Below, in pieces: positions 12,978 through 23,627 of a DNA stretch of 64,000 nt. This DNA is from Paraspadella gotoi (lineage: Eukaryota; Animalia; Chaetognatha): contig CM119264.1 of the NCBI GenBank assembly GCA_051294375.1, positions 15,338,196 through 15,402,195 of the forward strand, given 5' to 3'. The notes beneath the pieces were generated by a model. It saw nothing but the letters and a program-made list of their open reading frames with translations. It did not search any database and was not told the DNA's origin. Position numbers and translations under genes: made by a program. Position 1 is the stretch's first letter; every line of letters starts with the position of its first letter.

Positions 12978-13182
12978 ACTATAGACAAATTAAGCTGCTT
13001 GTTTACTATATTCATATAAAAATAATTATAGATAAGTATTCACTAATATAAATATGATAGTTTTTAAGATATAACTGCTAAGTTTTGATTCCAAACTGTC
13101 CTAAGTCGGGGGAAAGTAAGCTTATTAAATGAATGGATAATTTTTTATATTGGTTGTACCAATTTCATACACTCAAACTCAC

Positions 13183-13271
13183 CATCTCCCTCTCGATCGA
13201 ACGCGACGGTTAGAGAAGAACAAGTTAGATTCGAAACAACCCCTGAAGCGATTCCATTTGATCCTCCGATG
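13183..13271 (-). CDS. IGHMBP2: IGHMBP2 exon 3
   Basis: Follows a 76-nt intron; IGGSNGIASGVVSNLTCSSLTVAFDREGD; |gtgagt donor. Confidence 0.88.
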
Positions 13272-13347
13272 CTAATAATAGTGAATGTTTTATAAAACCA
13301 AACCAATTTTCTACTTTATAGCGACTTTTCTTTTAAACAACACGTAC

Positions 13348-13462
13348 GTGAGAGATTGAGAAAGTTCCAATCCAACGATATCTCCCTGAGACAAGCTGTG
13401 CGAGGGCAAAATATTTTCCTTCCAACGCCTTTCCAAGGTTATTAAGATGCGACCGTTTAATC
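13348..13462 (-). CDS. IGHMBP2: IGHMBP2 exon 2
   Basis: tttag| acceptor; GLNGRILITLERRWKENILPSHSLSQGDIVGL; |gtacgt donor; phases join exons 1 and 3. Confidence 0.9.
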
Positions 13463-13658
13463 CTAAAGTAAAAACAAAAAACAGTAATTACGTGATACGC
13501 CGCATTGACTTAGTATTTTTGATCATTGATTAATGTGGCATTTTAAAACAATTGAACTACCTAACAACCCTAGCACAGGGTTATCCATTAAGGTGTGATA
13601 TATGTAGTCGGGCATTGCCTAGGTTCACCCCGCCTATAAGCATGACACCTTCAGTCCT

Positions 13659-13830
13659 GACCCGGTGGCTCATTGAGTAAAGCCATCAGCTCATGACCAC
13701 GAGGTACCGGGTTCAATCCCAACCTGGTACCTACCCTGCGGGAAGCGTGAGGACGGCCGTAAGCCGCCTTGGGGGCGTGGCAACCCCTCAAGCCTGGTTC
13801 CAATCCCAGGACCCGTTCCATGGCTACTAA
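13659..13830 (+). mobile_element. tRNA-derived SINE-like element carrying a twister ribozyme
   Basis: Box A-like TGGCTCATTGAG and box B GGTTCAATCCC, anticodon-like loop ctCATga, followed by the twister. Confidence 0.75.
13738..13816 (+). ncRNA. Type-P5 twister ribozyme behind a tRNA-like head (one T2 mutation)
   Basis: gcggg aa GCGT GA GGA CGGCCG TAA GCC GC [P3] CCTGG TTCCAATC CCAGG A cccgt. T1 TCC/GGA pairs; the L4 G is T in this copy. Confidence 0.8.
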
Positions 13831-14319
13831 AGGGGGTTATAGAAGTTACGGATAGTCATCTTCAGCCCACTTAGCGCCTTATCCACATATACAAAACTTA
13901 ACCCTAGTTTAGTGTTAAGCCAAGCATTAATACCCTGTCTTAAGGGTTAGGGTTGAGGGGAGATGACCTCTCACTTCTTTAACTCCCTCTAGCAACCATG
14001 GAATAGGTCCTGGGCTTGGAGGTCCTATCATATTAACATGTGATTTTATAAATACAGGGAGATCAAGCTCTAATGGGACTAACTAATTGTTTACAGCACT
14101 GATGGAAAAAAAAAACCTTTTTGGAAACTAAGCTAATTTTTCTTTCGATCGATATCAAAAACGTCTGGAAAATCCAACAGCAACTACTGTAATAAAAGCT
14201 TTTTGTATAACATCAACATGTCTTATTTTTTCACGCCGTTCCCTTAAAAAATTTAGCAAAAATCAAAATGAAAGATGATGACTCCTGACATTTGACCACG
14301 CAGTTTTTGTGACTGAAAT

Positions 14320-15347
14320 CTGGGTTGGCAAAAATCTGGGTTGGCAAAAACCTGGGTTTTTTTGGTTTTTTTTTGGGTTTTATTGGGTTTTTTTAAATTA
14401 TAGATAGCAGACTGTCATATTAATTCAAAATATTTATACTTCTTAAGTGATTACTGATAAAAATATATAAAAATATACTGAATATATTTAATAATAGTAT
14501 TAATTAATATTTTTTATGGTAAACAGAAATGTAATAAATATAAATAATATATTTTCTGAATAAAACCTGTTATGAAAAAAGTGTATAAACTTAATTTTAT
14601 TAGAAAATAATAATTAAATACTCAAAATAATTTGATATAAATATGCATCATAAACATTTATATAAATTACTAATACATTGAAAATTGAAGTACATCTTTA
14701 GTACATGTTTTTGCCGAATTAACTTGTCTTTTGGGCTAAAAATAAATTTTGATGTTTGGATAAAATATTTGAGTTAATTTAATAAAATATTAAGGTGTTT
14801 AATTAGGCTAAGATTTTTTCCTGACGTCAATATATTATTTTCCCGCATTCTCGTTACTTTACTCCTGGTTAGGATACCTTTTCAGAGAATTCTTTAATGT
14901 GTGACAAATAGTCAAATATATAATTATATTGAAGTTTAATTTTTTCTGATAAATAGCTTTAAAAAAACCCTAACCTTGTGTTAAATAATAACGAGAGAAT
15001 AGCAATCATTTTTAATGTGTCGCTTTTTACATAATTTGCGATTCATGATTAGGATTACTTAATATAAGGAAAATGGTACAGAAGCCAGCAACGAAAGTGA
15101 TACTGATATTAAACATGTAAAACTTAGGTTTAAGATAATTTTTTATCATTAAATCATATATTAAGCTTTGTAAAAATTATATATCTTATATGATTTAAAT
15201 TTTTGCTTTAACAATTTAATGTTTCATATTAAAAAATTAATTAATTTTAAAAAAACCCAAAAAAAACCACTTTTTAGTAGGTTTTTTTGGTTTTTTTTAA
15301 CTGGGGTTTTTTGTTTTTTTTGGGTGGGTTTTTTAATGCCAACCCTG
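14320..15347. mobile_element. hAT-like MITE
   Basis: TIR c(t/a)gggttggca, 8-bp TSD actgaaat, subterminal gggtttttt motifs. Confidence 0.85.
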
Positions 15348-15515
15348 ACTGAAATACCCTTGAAATACCCTTGATTAATTAATCTTTTCATACAATTGAA
15401 ACATTCTTTGAAATATTATACCACTTCATTGATAGGGAAGCCAGGTTCACTGGGAGTGAATAAACAAGTCTGTGAGAGAGGCTTGATTAAAAGCTTGCAG
15501 AAACCTGTTATGTTA

Positions 15516-15580
15516 TTATCTTGCAAGTGTGATGGAGGCCTTAAACCACCAAAGCCTGTCCAAAGTCAGGGACAAGATAG
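15516..15580 (+). ncRNA. Type-P5 twister ribozyme, intact-looking
   Basis: P5 ttatcttg/caagatag; P2' GTGT; GA; T1' TGG; AGGCCT; UAA; P2 ACC; T2 AC; P3 cAAAg; P4 CCTG/CAGG; L4 TCCAAAGT. Both pseudoknots pair. Predicted cut 15542/15543. Confidence 0.85.
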
Positions 15581-15990
15581 CTTATTTATTAAATGGATGG
15601 ATAATTTTTATATTGGTTGTACCAATTTCATTGTAAGATAGAGAAGCAGAATGTATCACGCATCCTTTCCATAACTGTGAACTTCCTGACAGCGCCAAAA
15701 GTGGCTGGAATGGCAGCATTCCTAACGGGCGCGGTCGCAAAAGCATATGCTGACTTCTCTGAACATTTTGAGAAGGTTACCGAAGGTCAATTATTTTAAT
15801 AGATTATATTCTCTTAACATTTTTTTACATATATACTAATTTTCATATCATTTTTGTTATATTTACCCATCAAACATTTTTTTAAATTTAGTCCCAAAAA
15901 AGCTGGACCTCCCTGTATAAAATAATAAGCTTATTTAGTGAAAACAAAAGTTTATTTTGTTATTTTTACAACAATTTTTTAATGATAATA

Positions 15991-16040
15991 AAGACGGCCA
16001 TGTTTCGACTCTTAGGGGTTTGAGTCTTTATCAGCGTTAT
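15991..16040 (-). ncRNA. Degenerate copy of the minimal hammerhead
   Basis: ataacg CTGATAA a GACTC aaacccctaa GAGTC GAAAC ATGGC cgtc; core G>A and GUC>GGC; flank homologous to 47805-47850. Confidence 0.7.
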
Positions 16041-17692
16041 AGGCTCCACGTACGATCGATGTCTTTTAGACAACGAAATCTGAACTTCAATAATTACCAT
16101 CTTTCTTGATCTCATTAGTTAGTATGAAGCTTACTTCATTTAAAAAAACGGTAGTCTCAAGTTATCTCCTTATCACTTAGAACTTCCCAGGTAAATTTCT
16201 ATGAATTAAAAACACGGTAAGACATGGTTTCTTCAATGATTGTTTATCTAATCTCATTTTAGATATAAGTATGTTCAAATTTTTATGGTATAGATAATTT
16301 TTAAAGATCGAATTCCTCATAAGAATCTTCACGTCTTTTACTTACATAAGTTTTTAGGTAAGATGCCACATTATCTGATACAATTTTTTTTTCTTAATTC
16401 GCTTTCCCTGATTCTTTTTCTTCACTTCTTTTCTTCTCTTTCTTTATATTTTCCACTTCCTCTTTCCTCGCTTACTTCTCACTCTGTCACTTACCATTTT
16501 TCGGCCCCTACTTTTTCTTGCCACTCATGCACTTTCCTTACCTTTTTTCTCTCCTTCTCTCTTTCTCTTTCTTTTCCCCTCTTTTTCTTTCCAATTTTCC
16601 CTCATTTCCTACCTTTTATTTGTCTCACTATTTTTCCCCCCATTTGCCTATTTTTTTTTGCCTTTGGCCCCCTCTTTCATTTTCTTCCCTTCTCTTTTTC
16701 TTGTTTTCTCTTTCCTCTTCCCTCTCACAACGTTTACATTGAGCCATATCAAAGAAAATCTTTAATATGCATTATAAGAAAGAAAATGAACGGTAGCGCA
16801 GATTTTTCTGTTTCAAATTTTGGTTGCCTAGCAAATTTAGTAAATTGACAGATTTTCCGCAAAATCTGTCGATTCTGAGAAAAAAAGTCCTGACGCTTTC
16901 CATTGGCTTAAAAGGATGCGGTTTTTTTTGTTTTATCAACGTCAGTAAGTACCCCATCTTTTAAAACTAATAAAAGAGTTGAAAATATTTTCTTTAGCAT
17001 AAATAATTGCAAGTCACAAAAAGTCACAAATTAAAAGTTGTCTTTAAAAATTATTTGTGGCTAAACGAAAAGAGTTTTTTTGATAATTTTGTAGGTGTTA
17101 AAAGCTTATTCTGTGGACTATATTTTCTGTTAATTTAAGCCAATTTAAACTATTTTTGTTTAATAAATTATAATAAAAACTAAAACTGCGACTTTTTGAC
17201 TTGTCAACTTTAAAATTAATTCATAAGTGAACTATGAATGATATAAGGAAAATATTTTACTCAAGGGTGAAGAAGATAAGGAAGAAAAGAATTCCAAAAT
17301 AAAAAAATTTTCTCAACTTTCCTTGGCATTCAAATTTGAAGACGAAAGTGAAAATGGACAAAAATGGACATGATTTTTTTCCCTAAAAGTTGCAAAAATG
17401 TTACTCTTATATGATTAGAAATAGCTGGAGATGGTTTTAACCAATCCGTATTTTGGCCTAATTTATATTATGGTGCAAATTAAATTAATTTTGTTAATAG
17501 TAACTGAACAATACTGGAAAAAGTAGTTTTTTCTCTGAATGCGAGGATCGTAAGCAGAGGCTATAACAACGAAGAGAGAGAAACTTACACAAAATAATAA
17601 TCATAAAATATCTGGTATGCGTAAAAAAAAATAAAATGAATTAGATCAAGACCCCGACGTTTCTTCCAAATTATCCATTCGCTTATTATTAC

Positions 17693-17873
17693 CAGTTCTG
17701 CGAGACGAGATACATAAGCCAATAAGCGCCACGCCCTTTCTTTCTAAATCCTTGGGCGACCCGCGGGAGAGTAGACGGCGGGACTGTTCAACTTCCGCCT
17801 CTTGCTCTAATTTTAGTAACGACAAATGTTTGGCTACGAAATCTTCAACAAAGTTCATTGTAAATTGTTGCAT
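17693..17873 (-). CDS. IGHMBP2: IGHMBP2/SMUBP-2 (Upf1-like SF1 helicase) exon 1
   Basis: MQQFTMNFVEDFVAKHLSLLKLEQEAEVEQSRRLL...GVALIGLCISSRRTG resembles the IGHMBP2 N-terminus (recalled as [22 protein letters not shown]...VSSQRTG). GT donor at 17692-17691, phase 1. The second ATG at 17858 is a plausible true start. Confidence 0.9.
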
Positions 17874-17883
17874 ATAAATAAGG

Positions 17884-18710
17884 GGCGATCCCGGAGTTGA
17901 ATTCGCTCTGGAGGCTTATGAAAAAACGAAGAAAAAGAAGAGGAAAAAATAAAGTTTGTTTACAGAAAAGAAAATTTAAGACCGTTACAATAAGGCGTAG
18001 TGAAAGTTACATACGAAAATTCTAAAAGTCAATTATGAACAACATACCATCAGTAAACATTAATTTGTAAAAAAAAATAATTTTATGTTTTTTAATTTTC
18101 GCAGTAGGCTATATTTATATATAGTACTATCCTTATAAAATCGAAAAATTTCAAAATAGACTTTTCTTAATTTTTATTACAGATTTGAATTTCTCGTCAA
18201 AAGTTGATAAAAGAAAATATAAATCATTTTAAAATTCTTTCATTAAATTGGTTAAAAATAAAAAAACTATATTTAATATATAAAAAGTTAATTTTCAGCT
18301 TAAAATATTGCTTTTTTTCATTTTTGTGACCCACTTAATGAAGAAATTTTTCAAAAGAGTTATATTTCTTTTTATCAACTTTTTATGACGAATCCAAATT
18401 TGCAAAAAAATCTTAGAAAAAACTGTTTTGAAATTTTAACATTTATTGATTTAGTACTAGTATAAATATAGCCTACTGCATAAATTGTAAATTTATTATA
18501 ATTTTTTTTACATAAATGTTCATTAATATAATGTTGTTCGTTCCTCACTTTTAGAATTTTTATTAAAGTTAAATTTAGATATTTTACTACGCCTTACCGT
18601 TACAACAATGATATTAAAAACGTTTTTAAGCTTCACGAACTAAGGATTTCTTTTTAATTCTTTAAAAAAATTAATTATAATATTTTTTTTTCATTGATAG
18701 ATATTTACAC
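17884..18710. mobile_element. Partial copy of the same MITE, interrupted by a hAT-like MITE
   Basis: TIR ggcgatcccggagttgaattcgc at 17884; sequence resumes at 18597 after the insertion. Confidence 0.75.
17991..18596 (+). mobile_element. hAT-like MITE family C
   Basis: TIR taaggcgtagt; 9-bp TSD ccgttacaa. Confidence 0.85.
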
Positions 18711-18806
18711 CGTTTATTATCCACTTGGCGTCTTGTGGTAGACCGAGTTGTAGATATTTAATTGAGTACCTTAATAAAATAATCACAGCATATACAAATT
18801 ATATAT

Positions 18807-20103
18807 GGCGATCCCGGAGTTGAATTCCCTCTGGAGGCTTATGGGAAAACAAAGAGAAAGAAGAGGAAAAAATAAAGTTTGTTTCTTTATGGAAAAAAAA
18901 ATTTAAGACAATAACAACAATGATATTAAAAACGTTTTTAAGCTTTATTACCTTTGATAGATATTTATAAAATAACAGTTTTTNNNNNNNNNNNNNNNNN
19001 NNNNNNNNNNNNNNNNNNNNNNNNNNNNNNNNNNNNNNNNNNNNNNNNNNNNNNNNNNNNNNNNNNNNNNNNNNNNNNNNNNNNNNNNNNNNNNNNNNNN
19101 NNNNNNNNNNNNNNNNNNNNNNNNNNNNNNNNNNNNNNNNNNNNNNNNNNNNNNNNNNNNNNNNNNNNNNNNNNNNNNNNNNNNNNNNNNNNNNNNNNNN
19201 NNNNNNNNGTTTTAATAAATATTTGGATACTAACTTTGAGAGAGAAAGGCAATTTTAACCTTGATATCTTTCTCTCTCTCTCCAAATTATTAAATAATCA
19301 TTGTAATCATAAATAAAAACTGTTACTTTGTAAATATTATTATTATATTTTTTTATAAATTTATTAATATTTAAATATTATTTTTTAAAAAGTTAAATTA
19401 TTATATGGTTAAGCCGAAACTTAATTTTAAATTTAACTCTAATTTACCCCTAACCCAACTTACCTTACTTACCCTTAACCCAAACTTACCTCTACCTTAC
19501 CCTACCCAAACTTACCTCTACCTTACCCTAACCCAAACTTACCTCTACCTTACCCCTAACCCAAACTTACCTCTACCTTACCCCTAACCAAACTTACTCT
19601 ACCTTACCCCTAACCCAATTACCTTCTGACCTTACCCCTAACCCAAACTTACCTCTACCTTACCCCTAACCCAACTTACTTCACACTTACCCCTAACCCA
19701 AACTTACCTACCTTACCCCTAACCCAAACTTACCTCTACCTTACCCTAACCCAACTTACCTCTACCTTACCCTAACCAAACTTACCTCAAACTTACCCCT
19801 AACCAAACTTACCCCTAACCCAAACTTACCCTAACCCAAACTTACCCCTAACCCAACTATACCCCTACCCAAAACTTACCCCTAACCCAAACTTTACCCC
19901 TAAACCCAACATTACCCCTAACCCAAACTTACCCCTAACCCAAACTTACCCCTACCTCTAACTTACCTCTACCTCTAACTTACCTCTACCTCTAACTTAC
20001 CTCTACCCCTAACTTAGCTCTACCCCTAACTTACCCTTAACCCTAACTCACCCTTAACCCTAACTCACTCTTAACCCTAACTCACCCTTAACCCTAACTT
20101 ACT
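18807..20103. mobile_element. Inverted truncated copy of the same MITE with an expanded CCCTAA-type array
   Basis: Starts ggcgatcccggagttgaattcc; about 650 bp of cttacccctaacccaaa/cttacctctac variants at 19445-20102. Confidence 0.8.
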
Positions 20104-21112
20104 GGCATTCCTGGAGATCAATGCCCTCTGGAGGCCTATGGGAAAACGAAGAACAAGGTTTTTCTTAAAGAATTAATGGAAAAAAAAAGAGGAATGAAAT
20201 GGAAAGGAAGAGGATAACGTTTTGGGAAAAAAAATAAAGGAATTCAGATAAATTTTTTTTAATATTTTTTATTTTTGTTATATAAAAATTGGTATAACCA
20301 ATATATATTTGGGTAAAAATTAAAGTTACAATAAATTATAGTTAAGAATAAATTAAGAATAAGTATAAGTTAACAAGAAAAATTAAGGTTAAAAATAAGT
20401 TAGGGGTAAGTTAGGGTTAGAGGTAAGTTAGGGTTAGAGGTAAGTTAGGGTTAGGGGTAAGTTAGGGTTAGGGGTAAGTAAGGGTTAGGGGTAAGAGTAA
20501 GTTAGGGGTAGAGGTAAGTTTAGGTTAAGGGTAAGTTTGGGTTAGGGGTAAGTTATGGGTAAATTAGAGTTAAATTTAAAATTAAGTTTTGGTTTAAGTA
20601 TACAATAATTTAACATTTCAAAAAATATTATTTAAATATTAATAAATTTATAAAAAATATAATAATTAATAATATTTACAAAATAAAGTTTTTATTTATG
20701 ATTACAATGGTTATTTAATAATTCGGAAAGAGTGGGAGATATCAAGGTTAAAATTACCTCTCTATCTTTCAAAGTTAGTATCCAAATATTTATTAAAACT
20801 ATTAAAACTGGTTGATGAAGGTTCAAAAAATAAGAACCAAAACATATCCAAATTATTAAATGATCGTGGTTATCACAAATAAAAACTTATTTTGTAAATA
20901 TCTATCAAAAACAATGAAAAAAAATATTATAATTAATTTTTTTAAAAAATTAATAAAAAATCCTTAGCTCGTGAAGCTTAAAAACATTTTGAATATTATT
21001 GTTGTTACGGTCTTAACTTTTCTTTTCCGTAAAGAAACAAACTTTATTTTTTCTTCTTCTTTCTTTTCGTTTTCCCATAAGCCTCTAGAGGGAATTCAAC
21101 TCCGGGATCGCC
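20104..21112. mobile_element. Merlin-like MITE, same family
   Basis: Collinear with 38331-39405 including both TIRs; no TSD. Confidence 0.8.
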
Positions 21113-21374
21113 AATATCATAAAACATTTTACAAAAGTTTTTCAGTTTTTTCCGGCGAATCCAAAACAGTTCTTAAAATTAAAAAAAAAAGATTTTAAAA
21201 TTTTATGATTTTATAAGGAAATTACTATAAAGAAAATTCAATTAATGATACTGTTATGCAAAATTTATTTGAAAAAGCGCTGAATTATTTTTTATTATAT
21301 ATACACAAGCAGCAAAAAACCATTGTTCCATCGCTCAATCTTTTCATCACTCTACCCTACTATACACTGTATAG

Positions 21375-21968
21375 AAGGGTGAAGTGAAAGTTTGGAATCA
21401 AAATTTAGCAGTTATATCTTGAAAACTATTATATTAGTGAATATTAATCTGTAATTATTTTTTTTTTATAAATATAATAGCCCAGTCAGCTTATTTTATA
21501 TATATATCCAAATTTCAAAATAGTTTTTTTTTTAATTCTGAGAACAGATTCAGATTCCTCGTTAAAATTTAATAAAGGAAAGTATAAATTTTTTTCAAAA
21601 ATTTTATCATTAAGTAGGTTAAAATTATAAAAAACTATATTTTAAGCTAGAAATTTAAAATCGGCGTTTTAAATATAGTTTTTTATATTTTTGATTAACT
21701 TAATGAAATAATTTTTAAAAAAGAATTATACTTTTTTATAATAACTTTTTGCAAGGAATCCAAATCCGATCTTAAAATTTAAAAATTTGTATTTTGAAAT
21801 TTTAGCCTATTATATACTTATTACTATATATAAATATAGCTCACTGGTGCCCACTAATGTATGAAATTAAAAAATAAATTTACCAAAATATTTTTATTGG
21901 TTTTTATATTCATGTTTTATTTGCTAAATTTTAATTTTCTAAAATTTTATCATTTTCACATCACTCTA
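21375..21968 (-). mobile_element. hAT-like MITE family B
   Basis: Ends tagagtgatgtgaaa/ttcacttcaccct; 8-bp TSD ctgtatag. Confidence 0.85.
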
Positions 21969-22076
21969 CTGTATAGTATGTTAGATCCAAAGACTCGGTC
22001 CTAACAAGTATACAGTCTCTTTTGAGAGCAACTGATAATTGGTTTGGTTTTTTTTTTTCTGAAAAAGAAAATAAAA

Positions 22077-23098
22077 TGAAAGAACCCCCTCCTCGACCTA
22101 GCGGAGAGGGAGAAGACGTCGGGAGAGAAACTGGCCTGAAGACCAGGACCGCTGGCGCCGTAAAGTTTTTAAGTTTCTTATCCACTTGGAGTCTTGATAT
22201 TTAATGGTACCTTAATAAAATAATCAAAGCATATAGATATTCATACAATACAATTAATGAAATACTAACTAATTAATCATAGAAGCAATATTAAACAAAT
22301 AAACAAATCCACAAAGAATCGGCCTCGACCGAGGACTACCTATATCCTAATCCCCTTCTATACTAACCAAATCTTTATCCTCAAAACTAATATACTCTAC
22401 AGAATTAATATTCGACTTCACATTAACTCATATTTGTTTCACTCCAGACTCACCTTAATTTTCGCTAAATTTCACTCTTTATCCATCGATCTCCTCAAAT
22501 ACCATATCTCACCTTCTACTAACCCTTGTATAGTTACGCCAGTACGAATTGATTGCCACAAAATCCAACTTTATCTCGAAGCATGATGGAACAACTGCTA
22601 GGGCTTGCCACTCCTTCTACANNNNNNNNNNNNNNNNNNNNNNNNNNNNNNNNNNNNNNNNNNNNNNNNNNNNNNNNNNNNNNNNNNNNNNNNNNNNNNN
22701 NNNNNNNNNNNNNNNNNNNNNNNNNNNNNNNNNNNNNNNNNNNNNNNNNNNNNNNNNNNNNNNNNNNNNNNNNNNNNNNNNNNNNNNNNNNNNNNNNNNN
22801 NNNNNNNNNNNNNNNNNNNNNNNNNNNNNNNNNNNNNNNNNNNNNNNNNNNNNNNNNNNNNNNNNNNNNNNNNNNNNNNNNNNNNNNNNNNNNNNNNNNN
22901 NNNNNNNNNNNNNNNNNNNNNNNNNNNNNNNNNNNNNNNNNNNNNNNNNNNNNNNNNNNNNNNNNTATTATTTTAGAGAAGAGTCCCGTTTCAGAGCAGA
23001 ATTACAAATAATTGCGAGAGACAGATTATGAGACGAAATTTGACATCTCAAAAGAGCAAAAGAGCATCTGAGTCGCAAATATTCGTCTGGACTTTACA
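22077..23098 (-). mobile_element. Solo LTR of the same family with internal insertion and assembly gap
   Basis: Both LTR termini present (tgaaagaacccc... and ...ggactttaca), flanked by AAAA on both sides. Confidence 0.7.
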
Positions 23099-23627
23099 AA
23101 AACGAAATATATGACCATGAGGTAGTACGGTCATCCAAAAGGAGCATCAACAATCAAAATAAAAAAAAAAAGATAAGAAGAATCACAGAATTGATCACAG
23201 AACTGATAAACGTTGGAAATAAATGGACTATAATTTTATGTTTTCGCGAGAATAAAAGGTATAACGATTATGATTAAAAGGTGTTATGAGGAACAAAGTC
23301 AAGTCTAAGCTTGAGACTTTTTTTTCTCGAGACCATTGCCAAAAAGTCGTCTGGTTGCCCTGTGCGCCCCCTGGCCAAATCGCGTCCAAACAAAAACATG
23401 GCGACGTGAAAATGACCCGCTATTATTTTCGCAAACCTTCTTATTTGTCCATCTTCTCTATAATGGCATCTTTCCCTGAATAAAAAGAAATAAAAAAAAT
23501 ATTGATTCAAAAACAAAACTTTATATACGTCGTGGCTCTTTGCTCTTGCGCCGAGGCCATCATCCACGCAGTCAATGGCATCGTCAACGACAACGACATT
23601 CCCTAGGCAGAGAAATGGGTCCTCCAA

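Noticed and set aside
13659-13730. Functional tRNA-Met gene
   Set aside because: Anticodon and acceptor stems do not pair properly and there is no T-run terminator; treated as a SINE head.
13852-13866. Hammerhead-like CTGAAGATGAC (minus strand; also plus strand at about 43664)
   Set aside because: No closing stem II or GAAA downstream; at most truncated remnants.
16363-16848. 161-aa Phe/Leu/Ser-rich ORF (similarly 42395-42688 and 40546-40821)
   Set aside because: Low-complexity CT-rich DNA without stops; no domain signal.
19445-20102. Possible true telomere or chromosome fusion site
   Set aside because: The arrays are degenerate 11-23 bp variants at a fixed position inside a TIR element that has a TSD elsewhere.
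18954-23031. Long ORFs containing X runs
   Set aside because: Artefacts of N gaps.
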